Source: Methanomassiliicoccales archaeon
GTDB taxonomy: Archaea; Thermoplasmatota; Thermoplasmata; SG8-5
Direction: 5' to 3'
Length of the DNA stretch: 64,000 nucleotides
NCBI GenBank assembly: GCA_030612505.1
Contig: JAUWNU010000001.1
Span: 1,233 to 65,232, forward strand
Position numbers and translations under genes: made by a program
Notes under the pieces: generated by a model
Database searches by the model: none
Told to the model about the DNA's origin: nothing
Seen by the model: the letters and a program-made list of their open reading frames with translations, nothing else
In this document: one piece after another, positions 27,966-37,483 of the stretch
Layout: every line of letters starts with the position of its first letter
Numbering within the stretch: the first letter of the stretch is position 1

Positions 27966-28916
27966 TTATTTGGAATATACATAGGGATTTTCCAATAGCC
28001 AGCGCACTGTTCTGCGAATCGTTTCCTCAATATTAACCTGTGGTTTCCAGCCATATGCCATAAGCTTCGAAACGTCCAGATGAACAAGGGGAGAATCACC
28101 AATCCAGCCACGCTCTCCTCCAGTGAACTTGTACTCAACATTATTCAGACCTAGCTCATCAGTAATAATGTCTGCCACGCTCTTCACTTCTATGAACTCG
28201 GTCTGGCCGATATTGAATAGCTCGGCATTGCCAGGGGTATTTTCATACCCAGTGAAGAAGCCGTCAATGCAATCGCCGATATAACAATAAGATTTTCTTG
28301 CTGTTCCATCGCCCAGTATTTCCAGCTGGGCAGGGTTAGCTTTCAGCTTTTTCACGAAATCATAGGTCACACCATGGGGGTGCCGCTCTCCCTGAATTGA
28401 AACAAAGCGATACATCCAGCTTTTGATTCCATATGCCTCGGTGAATGCTTCAATAAAGCCCTCGCAGGCCATTTTTGATGCACCATAGAATGAGGTTTGC
28501 CTTGGGTGATAAGTTTCAGGTGTTGGAAATACATCCGGCTCCCCATAAGTTGCCGCTGTTGAACTGAAAATTATCTGTTTCACATCATTGAGCCGCATTG
28601 CCTCCAGAATATTGTAAGTGACTATGATATTCCTGTCTATATCTCGAAAGGTGTCCTCAAGTCCATGACGCACATCAGCATTTGCAGCCAGATGGAATAC
28701 CGCATCAGCATCTTTCAGCGCATCCTTGGTCTTCTCCATGTCTCCCAGGTCGAAATTTAGAAGCTTGACAGCATCTTTGTCCAGGTGATGTTGAATATTT
28801 TCTATATAGCCAGTGCTCATATTATCTATAATTGTAACATCATGCCCCTGCTTGACCAGACGGTCAACAACATGGCTGGCAATGAACCCGCATCCTCCTG
28901 TGACTATTGCTTTCAT
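27966..28916 (-). CDS. NAD-dependent epimerase/dehydratase (extended SDR; UDP-glucose 4-epimerase-like or heptose epimerase)
   Basis: N-terminal MKAIVTGGCGFIASHVVDRL (GxxGxxG), the YxxxK catalytic region, and ITGYENTPGNAELFNIGQ. Confidence 0.8.
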   Translation of the reverse strand: MKAIVTGGCGFIASHVVDRLVKQGHDVTIIDNMSTGYIENIQHHLDKDAVKLLNFDLGDMEKTKDALKDADAVFHLAANADVRHGLEDTFRDIDRNIIVTYNILEAMRLNDVKQIIFSSTAATYGEPDVFPTPETYHPRQTSFYGASKMACEGFIEAFTEAYGIKSWMYRFVSIQGERHPHGVTYDFVKKLKANPAQLEILGDGTARKSYCYIGDCIDGFFTGYENTPGNAELFNIGQTEFIEVKSVADIITDELGLNNVEYKFTGGERGWIGDSPLVHLDVSKLMAYGWKPQVNIEETIRRTVRWLLENPYVYSK

Positions 28917-28961
28917 AATATCATGGGTGAGTAGTTGTTGTGGTTATTATGGATTTCGATG

Positions 28962-29115
28962 TTTAGGGTCTAGCTTAATTAACTCTGATAATGGGTCTAG
29001 GGTCTGCGTTTAGTCATCGTTATTAAGGGTCTGTGCTTAATTATCGTTAGTTAGGGTCTTTGTTTAATTATCGTTAGTAAGGGCCTATGCTTGGCTATCG
29101 TTAGAGAGGGGCTAG
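28962..29115 (+). repeat. Tandem array of about 5 copies of a 27-bp repeat (consensus AGGGTCTNTGNTTAATTATCGTTAGTT) followed by hairpin GTTGAACGCaagGCGTTCGAC
   Basis: Head-to-tail units with no spacers, visible directly in the sequence. The same family occurs at 12859-13078 and 63751-63895. Confidence 0.8.
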
Positions 29116-29378
29116 TTCGTTGAACGCAAGGCGTTCGACAATGGCATGAGAACGCATTCAAAATAAATGGAATGCCGTACTGTTAAAAGTGTTCTGAAAG
29201 CAATTGTTGGGTTCGATGGCTAAATAAAAACAAATGCAGAACCCGACCTGATATGGCTTAAAGCAATCTGCCAGCATAATATCAGAAGGCCCGCAATCAC
29301 ACTTGCGTTAAAAAAACGATTGCGGTGGTGCACAAGTTGGTCTTTTATCCGAAACATATATAATCACGTATATTCGTA

Positions 29379-31697
29379 TTGAATAATACAAGAGGGGAAG
29401 CCATGAGGCAATCTACTTTGCAATTCAAGTGGGCAGTGATATTGACCAGTATTCTAATGATAAGCAGCACACTGGCTGCTGCCATGATAGTTGGTTCCAC
29501 CTCACCAGATGGAGGATTGGAAACCCTAAATGCTGGAGAACCGAACATCTTCTGGATTGGATTCAATGACACTGCAGGAACATCCAGGCTTGACCAGATG
29601 GTTGATGTTGAGAACTGGTATAATTTCACATGTGGATTCAATTACAGCTAGGGCTTTTTCAATTGCGAGATTATTGTAGAGGCCTGGTATGACTGTGGGC
29701 TGGCAGGAAACAGTTCTGCTTACCCACCAGAAACAGAGGACAACCGGAGTCTGGCCTTCAGCCTTCTATACGATGTTGCGACAGTCTCTTACACCATACA
29801 GTACCCGGGAGCAACACCAGGTACCATGGAGATAGCTATAAACGATTCCTGGGACACTGCTGTCATTGACTGGGTGCACCCAACCAACTCCCCAATGGAG
29901 GACATACTTGCACTGACAATACCAATTTACCTGGGACCGCAGATAAGAAATGCAGATGGCAATGGCTTTGGCTCTGGAGATTTAGATTATAATTCAGACC
30001 CAAATAATGCCTTACTGGACATAAACAGCTGGGACTTCGAGATCACTGTAAGGGACTCTGCAAATACTTCACTGGCTTCTTCCAGCTACGGAGAGTTCGG
30101 AATCAACCCGCATTGTGATATTTCTGTTACTGGAAATCCTGTTGGGGAAGCACCACCTGGCACTGCCGCTACTCTCCTGGCAAATCCAACTCATATCACC
30201 TATTCAGCTAACAATGATTATTGGGTCAATGTTTCTGTGACTAATCTTCTGGAAAATGGTGTAGGGCCAGCTTCTATTTCTGCAACCGATGTAGAAGTTC
30301 AAAATTCTGACCCATATGCAACTACTGGTAACTCAGATATATCCGCACAAACATATTTCCCTGGCCCAGGTATTGATATGCAAGTCTGGGGACAGCCAGG
30401 TATTCCAATGAATGCCCCAGGAAATGGAACAATAGCTACTGGCCCCTGGGTATCTGATTACAATGCAGCAATGTATGGGCTAAATGACTATACCCAGCTT
30501 GATTGGTGGATCACGGTTAGTGCAGCTACGCCAGAAGGGGTTTATTATGGAGATATCACAATTACAATAGAAGATTCTAATGGAAACACAGTAATGGACC
30601 AGACTACTCAGATAATTGTCAATGTTGTTTTCCCTCATTTATATTGGATTGGATTCAATGGAACAGGCATGAACTCAAAACTTGACCAGGTTGTAGATAC
30701 TGATAACTGGTACAATTTTACAGTGACTGGCAATTATTCACAGGGTTGGAACGGCCTCCAGGTGGAGATAAGGGCATGGTATGATAATGGTAATATTGGC
30801 TTTATGTCAACATATCCTCCTGTAACTCCTGAAAATAAAAACCTGGCATTCAGTATTACATATGAAGTTTTCAGTGGAATTTGCACTGTATATTATCCAA
30901 TAGGGCCGCAGGTTCAGGTAGGAACAGTCAGTGATGTGATCACATGGATAAATCCAATAAACATAGGAGAAGACTGGCATACTGTCAACATTCCAGTTTA
31001 CCTTGGAAATTCATTGATTTCCGCTGATGGTATGGGCTTCGCCAGTGGTGACCTTGCCTATCACTCTGACCCTAATTTGGCCTTGCAGGATGCTTTCAGC
31101 TGGGACTTTGAGGTCATTCTCAGGGATGCAATCAACCCAACAGCCTTGGACTTAAGCTATGCAGAATTCGGCCTTGACAACTCAACGCCCAGCTTTCCAA
31201 TATCTCTAGACGCTGGCTGGAATCTTATTTCGCTGCCGCTTGAACAGGCAGATGAATATTTGCCATCTGTTCTGAGTTCCATTGACGGCCAGTATGATAT
31301 TGTGAAATACTATGATGCCACTGACCAAAATGACCCATGGAAAACCTACAGAATAGGCGCATCAACCAATGATTTATTTTCAATTGATAGGACAATGGGT
31401 TTCTGGATTCATCTTACAGCAAATAATGGCGACCAGACATTGACGACAGGTATTGAAGGCACTTTCCCACCAGCCGCAGTAACTCTATACGCTGGCTGGA
31501 ATCTTGTTAGTTATCCTTCCATATCCCCGGATACTGTCGCAAATGCCTTATGGGGCACAGGAGCCGATATAGTCGAAGTATTTGACCCTGCAGAGCCTTA
31601 TTTGATAAGAGAGGTAAATGCGGATTATATGATGCAGCCTGGAGAAGGTTATTGGGTTCATGTTCCTGCGGACACAATATGGATGGTTGATTGGTAA
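29379..31697 (+). pseudogene. Secreted protein gene with two approx. 330-aa tandem repeats and a C-terminal GWNL domain, interrupted by a single in-frame TAG at 29649-29651. Either a pseudogene, a sequencing error, or split into ORFs 29379-29651 and 29826-31697.
   Basis: Both ORFs are in the same frame. The N-terminal signal peptide is in ORF1. The repeat motif NIFWIGFNDTAGTSRLDQMVDVENWYNFT (ORF1) matches LYWIGFNGTGMNSKLDQVVDTDNWYNFT (ORF2), and the alignment continues across the stop. Confidence 0.65.
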
Positions 31698-31774
31698 GAT
31701 TATAAGAAATATTTATATAACACCAATCGCAACAGTTAAATACAATACAAAATGGCGCACGTACATACTTATAT

Positions 31775-34700
31775 GTGATTATACATATTATGTCCAATAC
31801 AAAGTTAAAGGTGTTCATAATGGAGAGGAAAGATGTTTTTGTGCGCGGCCTTTCGATTGTTCTTGTAATATCAATGGTTTTTGGTTCAATACCATATTTC
31901 ACAATGGCCTCGGAGACCGTAGGCCAGATTGATATTGAAGTGACTAATCAAGAATTGGCAACCTATAATCTGGCTGTTTCCGAAATAGAGCTCAAGGAGA
32001 TTATTCCTGTTGAGGAAAATCAGGGTTCGCCGGCGCCAAGCCCATTTGCCACATTTGAGATTATGTATGCGGATTCGGCTATTGATCAGGGTGCTGGAGC
32101 AGTGCCCGAGGCAACTGGCACTCCTGATGATGTTCGCTTTTCATTCGGTGGAAATGCAAATTATGTAAGAGCTAGCGGCTCTACCTGGGGAGCTGGAGCA
32201 GGCTCAATCCTGTCAGTGGAAATCGCAGCAGAATGGTCATCTAGTGGTCTGACTGATGATGGTGCAATTATCCAGTATTATGATTCTGGAATTGGCGGCG
32301 TGGGAGCCACAAAGACAGCTGTGGATGCAAACAACTATGCTGTTGATAACACACTCTATCTGGACATAACCGCAGACAAGGCTAGCTGGACCTGGACTGA
32401 TGTGGGTAATGTCAACCCTGAGATATATTACCTCAAAGCCGGAGGCCCGGACGGCGGAACTCTAAGCATTGATGCACTCTGGATACGGGTACAATATGAA
32501 TCCATTTCAATTGACTATGATATCCCTGTGACCGTTGGCTGGAACCTTATAAGCGTTCCTTCGGTACAGGGAAACACCGACATTCTCACAGTACTGGATG
32601 ATGCTGGCGGCGATACTACCTGGGAGAGAGCTTCACATTACAATCCCCTGATAGCTGATAATCTATGGCAGTCCTATTCTATTTTCAAACCACCTACCCT
32701 GAATGAGCTGAACGATGTGAACAATAAGCTTGGCATCTGGGTGGACATAACAGATGTGGGAAGCGATGGCCTTCTCACAGTAAGCGGCAGCCCGCCTTCC
32801 ATGACTGCAATCAATCTCTATGCAGGCTGGAACCTTGTTGGGTATCCCTGCTTGGAAAGCCAGATGGCTATGAATTCACTGGCTGGCGTACCATACGATG
32901 CTCTGGAATGCCATGATGGTGGAGCACCATACCTACTCAGAACAATGCTGAACACAGAAATGATGGTTCCCGGTATTGGTTACTGGATAAAGGTAACCAG
33001 CGATTGTGTATGGAATGTGGGAGACATTACACCACCTACATTTGCAGGTCTTGTTTCTGCCCTGGATGCTGGAACCGGAGGAAGCGTTCTGCTGAACTGG
33101 AATCCGGCAACAGACCCCTCATACCCCATTACCTACAATATTTACATGGCCACAACATCTGGCGGCCAGGACTTTGGAACTCCGGATTATATTACAGACC
33201 TGACAGATTTCCAGGTTGATGGTTTGACAGACAATCAGGACTATTATTTCGTGGTAAGGGCAAAGGACTCTGCTGGCAATGAGGATTCAAACCTGGTTGA
33301 GAAAACAGCAATTCCAACAACACCAGATGCTACAAGCCCCTGGATAACAGCAACTGTTCCTGCAGATGCAGCAACAGGAATCGGCATTGCCCAGTCAATT
33401 ATAATTACCTTTTCAGAATCAATCAATACAGGTACATTCGTTTATTCCTGCGCACCCAACCCAGGCGGTTGGATAGAAACATGGGATACATTTGTGGAAA
33501 CAAATGATAGAGTAACCCTGACCCGCAATGACCTGGCTTTCGACACATTGTACACATTCCAGGTAACAGCAGCGGATGACCTGGCAGGCAATCCCCTGGT
33601 TGCCGGACCGGCACTGAACCCATGGACATTCACGACTATTGCAGCCCCAGACCTTACAGGACCAGTAACTTCTGGAGTATCAGCAACACCCAATCCCACC
33701 GATGGTGCTGGCACAGTCACATTAACAGCAACTGTTGATGATTCAACCACTGGCGGCTCTAATATTGCAGAGGCAGAGTACTTCGTGGATTCAGTAGGCG
33801 CTGACGGAAGTGGAACACTAATGGTAGCCAGTGATGGAAATTTCAACTCTGTGACAGAGGGCGTAACCGCTTCAATTGATGTTTCTGGATGGGCGCTGGG
33901 AACCTACACCTTGTATGTGCACGGACGGGATGCTTCAGGAAACTGGGGTGCTACAGACAGTACAATACTAGATGTCACCAATACACCTGATATCACAAGC
34001 CCCTGGATTGTAATAACAGCACCGGTGGACGGAGCAACTGGCGTATTAATTGGCCAGTCAATTGTAATTACTTTCTCGGAATCAATTAACACAGGCACAT
34101 TCGCCTACACCTGCACACCGAACCCAGGTGGCTGGGGCGAATCCTGGGACGCTGCAGTCGAGACCAATGACAGAGTAACATTAACCCACAGTGACTTTGC
34201 ATTTGACACATTATATGATTTCCAGGTAACAGCGGCAGACGACCTTGCTGGAAATCCCCTGGCAGCCGGACCAGTTCCGAACCCCTGGACATTCACAACC
34301 GAGCTGGAACCGACACCACCACAGGTTGTAGAGCCAACTTCACCTGCAAACGGAGCAATAGATGTGCCAGCCACATCAAACATCCAGATAACTTTCACAG
34401 AGGCCATGAACGAGGCATCTGTGGAATCCTGGTTCAATATTAATCCGGCAACAGCAGGAACATTCTCATGGAATCCAGGCAGTACAATTCTCACTTTCAC
34501 ACCCACAGGAGACCTTGCATTTGACCAGGTATACACCGTGACGATTGACGGTCTGGTGGAGGACCAGGAAGCCGAGACACTGGACGGCGATTATGACGGC
34601 GTTTCCGAGGGAAGCCCGACAGATGATTATGCCTTCTCGTTCACAACGGAAGCGGCACCCACGCCGCCCCAGGTGGTAGAACCGACGAATCCGGCAAACG

Positions 34701-37483
34701 GGGATGTAAACGTTCTAGTTACAGCAGCCATCCAGATACCGTTCACCGAGGCCATGAATGAGGCAAGCACCGAGGCGGCGTTCTCCATCGGCCCGGTTGT
34801 CGCAGGTGCATTCTCCTGGAATGTGGCAAGCGATATAATGACGTTCACGCCGTCCGCCGACCTATCGTATGAAACCACCTACACGGTCACCATTGATGGA
34901 ACCGCCCAGGACCAGCAGGCCGAGACACTGGACGGTGATTATGATGGTGTTTCCGAGGGCTCGCCGACGGACGATTATTCATTCTCATTCACCACGGAGG
35001 CAGCGGTCACACTCCCACAGGTCACGTCCACCATTCCGGTAAACGGTGCCGCGGGCGTTCTGGTGACCGACCCGATAATAATAAACTTCAACATGGCAAT
35101 GTGCGAGGATGGAAACGGCAAGGCACCCTGGGACGCGGGTTGTGTAGAAGGGGCGTTCACGGTAACCTATGGCGCGACCACATTGACCGCAGGAGACTTC
35201 ACGATATCCTGGAACGCAGCAAATGACCAGATCACCTTCATTCCCGTTACTTCCTACCCCTACGGAACAGTGATGAGCGTGACAGTTGACGGCACGGCCT
35301 TGGAAACCACGGAAACGTACACCCTGGACGGGAATTACAATTCAGTATCCGAAGGCTCCCCGATAGATGACTATTCGTGGAGCTTCACCACAGAGCCAGC
35401 ACCCACACCGCCGCAGGTTGTGGAACCGACATCCCCGCCGAATGGAGCGGTTGATGTCTTGATCACATTGGTCATACAGGTAACCTTCACGGAGGCCATG
35501 AACGAGGCAAGCACCGAGGCAGCGTTCTCCATCGGCCCGGTTATCGCAGGCACGTTCTCCTGGAACCCCAGCAGCACTATTCTGACGTTCACGCCATCGG
35601 CCGACCTCGCGTACGATACTGTATATTCGATAATCATCGCTGGAACCGCGCAGGACCAGGAGGCCGAAACACTGGACGGCGATTATGACGGCGTTTCCGA
35701 GGGAAGCCCGACAGATGACTATTCATTCTCGTTCACCACCCAGGCAGCACCCACGCCACCCCAGGTAATCTCCACATCACCCACCGACGGAGCCATTGGC
35801 ATCTCTTTATCCACGACAATCCAGATTACCTTCTCCGAGGCCATGAACGAGGCAAGCACCGAGGCAGCGTTCTCCATCGGCCCGGTTGTGGCCGGTGTGT
35901 TCTCCTGGAACCCAGGCAGCACAATTCTCACGTTCACACCATCCGCCGATCTATCGTATGGAACCACCTACACGGTCACCATCGATGGCACTGCCCAGGA
36001 CCAGCAGGGCGAGACACTGGACGGCGATTATGACGGTGTTTCCGAGGGCGCGCCGACGGACGATTACACATTCGGTTTCACCACCGAGCTTCCGCCGCCC
36101 CCGCAGGTCACCAGCCACTCGCCAACCGATGGGCAGAGCAATGTCCCGCTGAGCGAACCGATCGTGATCAACTTCAACATGGCAATGAGCGAGGATGGCA
36201 ATGGCAAGGCACCCTGGGACGCGGGTTGTGTAGAAGGAGCCTTTAGCATGACCGGCGGACTGACCGCAGGTGACTTCACGATATCCTGGAACGCTGGTGT
36301 CGATCAACTTACTTTGACACCGGAAACCCCATACCCGAGCGGCACGGTCCTGACGGTCACCATAGATGGTACGGCGGAGGAATCCACAGGCACCCAGACA
36401 TTGGACGGTGACTATGACGGCACAAGCGAGGGCAGCCCCACTGACGATTACTCCTGGAGTTTCACCACGGATTCCGGCCCATCAACACCGCCACAGGTCG
36501 TCGAGCCGACCGCACCGTTCAACGGCGAAACCAATGTTGTAGCGAGCACCAACATCGTGATTACATTCACCGAGGCCATGAACGAAGCGTCAGTAGAATC
36601 CTATTTCTCCATCTCGCCAGCAGCAGCAGGGGCATTCTCATGGAACCCCGGAAGCACTATTCTCACCTTCAACCCGAATCCGGACCTGTCCACGACCACC
36701 ACATACACCGTGACCATTGACGGACTGGCAGAGGACCAGGAAGCGGAGACACTGGACGGCGATTATGATGGAACCAGCGAAGGCAGTCCGACAGATGATT
36801 ATTCATTCTCGTTCACAACCGAGGCTGGCTCGGTCAACAGATATGCGGTTTGTGTGGGGATAGACAAGCACGATGACGGCACAACCACTTGTATATACGC
36901 TGACAACGATGGCCAGGATTGGGGGAATGAACTTAATTCCCAGGGGTATTCCGTAAGCTCGCGCCTGAATACCGCTGCTGATAAGGCGGTCATACTGGGA
37001 GATATTGCAGACATGGACACTTCTGAAAATGCTGGTGACTATTGTGCCTTCACATTCGCTGGCCATGGTGGTGTCTCTGGTGGAACCCATTACATCATTT
37101 GTGCGGACTGGGATGGAACATGGGGAACGGTGATCAGCGACAGCGAGTTTGAAGCGGCCTTCTCTGGTTTCAGCAGCATGCATATATTCATATTCTTTGA
37201 CAGCTGCAACAGCGGTGGAATGAGCGAAGTTGCCGCGGCTGGCAGACTCCTGATTACGGCCTGTACGGCCGTCCAGAGCTCCTATGGCGGGGATGCCGCC
37301 ATGCAAAATGGTGTCTGGACCTGGTACTTCGTCGAGGACGGTATCCAGACACAGGGATACACCATAATGGAGGACTGTTTCAACTACGCCGCACCCGAGG
37401 CAAAGAGTTGGTTAACCACCAATTACGGAGTCACCATGGACCCCCAGATATTTGACCAGTACACAGGGGATTTCTATCTTTGA
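31775..37483 (+). CDS. Giant secreted protein (1902 aa): signal/TM, GWNL domain, FN3 domain, about 9 tandem Big_5 (SbsA-type Ig-like) repeats, and a C-terminal caspase-like (clan CD) peptidase domain
   Basis: FN3 at SVLLNWNPATDPSYPITYNIYMA. The Big_5 consensus PTPPQVVEPTSPANGAxDV...IQITFTEAMNEAS...FSWNPGSTILTFTP...YTVTIDG...ETLDGDYDGVSEGSPTDDY repeats about 9 times. The C-terminal region has FAGHGG (His) and FFDSCNSGG (Cys), in caspase-fold dyad order. Confidence 0.85.
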   Translation: MIIHIMSNTKLKVFIMERKDVFVRGLSIVLVISMVFGSIPYFTMASETVGQIDIEVTNQELATYNLAVSEIELKEIIPVEENQGSPAPSPFATFEIMYADSAIDQGAGAVPEATGTPDDVRFSFGGNANYVRASGSTWGAGAGSILSVEIAAEWSSSGLTDDGAIIQYYDSGIGGVGATKTAVDANNYAVDNTLYLDITADKASWTWTDVGNVNPEIYYLKAGGPDGGTLSIDALWIRVQYESISIDYDIPVTVGWNLISVPSVQGNTDILTVLDDAGGDTTWERASHYNPLIADNLWQSYSIFKPPTLNELNDVNNKLGIWVDITDVGSDGLLTVSGSPPSMTAINLYAGWNLVGYPCLESQMAMNSLAGVPYDALECHDGGAPYLLRTMLNTEMMVPGIGYWIKVTSDCVWNVGDITPPTFAGLVSALDAGTGGSVLLNWNPATDPSYPITYNIYMATTSGGQDFGTPDYITDLTDFQVDGLTDNQDYYFVVRAKDSAGNEDSNLVEKTAIPTTPDATSPWITATVPADAATGIGIAQSIIITFSESINTGTFVYSCAPNPGGWIETWDTFVETNDRVTLTRNDLAFDTLYTFQVTAADDLAGNPLVAGPALNPWTFTTIAAPDLTGPVTSGVSATPNPTDGAGTVTLTATVDDSTTGGSNIAEAEYFVDSVGADGSGTLMVASDGNFNSVTEGVTASIDVSGWALGTYTLYVHGRDASGNWGATDSTILDVTNTPDITSPWIVITAPVDGATGVLIGQSIVITFSESINTGTFAYTCTPNPGGWGESWDAAVETNDRVTLTHSDFAFDTLYDFQVTAADDLAGNPLAAGPVPNPWTFTTELEPTPPQVVEPTSPANGAIDVPATSNIQITFTEAMNEASVESWFNINPATAGTFSWNPGSTILTFTPTGDLAFDQVYTVTIDGLVEDQEAETLDGDYDGVSEGSPTDDYAFSFTTEAAPTPPQVVEPTNPANGDVNVLVTAAIQIPFTEAMNEASTEAAFSIGPVVAGAFSWNVASDIMTFTPSADLSYETTYTVTIDGTAQDQQAETLDGDYDGVSEGSPTDDYSFSFTTEAAVTLPQVTSTIPVNGAAGVLVTDPIIINFNMAMCEDGNGKAPWDAGCVEGAFTVTYGATTLTAGDFTISWNAANDQITFIPVTSYPYGTVMSVTVDGTALETTETYTLDGNYNSVSEGSPIDDYSWSFTTEPAPTPPQVVEPTSPPNGAVDVLITLVIQVTFTEAMNEASTEAAFSIGPVIAGTFSWNPSSTILTFTPSADLAYDTVYSIIIAGTAQDQEAETLDGDYDGVSEGSPTDDYSFSFTTQAAPTPPQVISTSPTDGAIGISLSTTIQITFSEAMNEASTEAAFSIGPVVAGVFSWNPGSTILTFTPSADLSYGTTYTVTIDGTAQDQQGETLDGDYDGVSEGAPTDDYTFGFTTELPPPPQVTSHSPTDGQSNVPLSEPIVINFNMAMSEDGNGKAPWDAGCVEGAFSMTGGLTAGDFTISWNAGVDQLTLTPETPYPSGTVLTVTIDGTAEESTGTQTLDGDYDGTSEGSPTDDYSWSFTTDSGPSTPPQVVEPTAPFNGETNVVASTNIVITFTEAMNEASVESYFSISPAAAGAFSWNPGSTILTFNPNPDLSTTTTYTVTIDGLAEDQEAETLDGDYDGTSEGSPTDDYSFSFTTEAGSVNRYAVCVGIDKHDDGTTTCIYADNDGQDWGNELNSQGYSVSSRLNTAADKAVILGDIADMDTSENAGDYCAFTFAGHGGVSGGTHYIICADWDGTWGTVISDSEFEAAFSGFSSMHIFIFFDSCNSGGMSEVAAAGRLLITACTAVQSSYGGDAAMQNGVWTWYFVEDGIQTQGYTIMEDCFNYAAPEAKSWLTTNYGVTMDPQIFDQYTGDFYL

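Noticed and set aside
28962-29115. CRISPR array
   Set aside because: The 27-bp units are directly contiguous with no unique spacers. They degenerate gradually like a minisatellite, and no cas genes are present in the window.
29649-29651. Pyrrolysine (UAG) recoding as the explanation for the in-frame TAG
   Set aside because: TAG is used as a genuine stop for pyrE (38836-38838) and the zinc-ribbon gene (19535-19537), and no other in-frame TAG was seen in conserved genes.
31775-37483. Dozens of 60-170-aa ORFs on the opposite strand and in alternative frames inside the giant genes (for example 33442-33846, 34105-34536, 36803-37306, and 42249-50821 on the plus strand)
   Set aside because: They lie entirely within long, domain-rich ORFs with clear homology signatures. 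Their periodicity mirrors the Big_5 and beta-helix DNA repeats. They are low-complexity and lack start-site signals, so they are treated as spurious.
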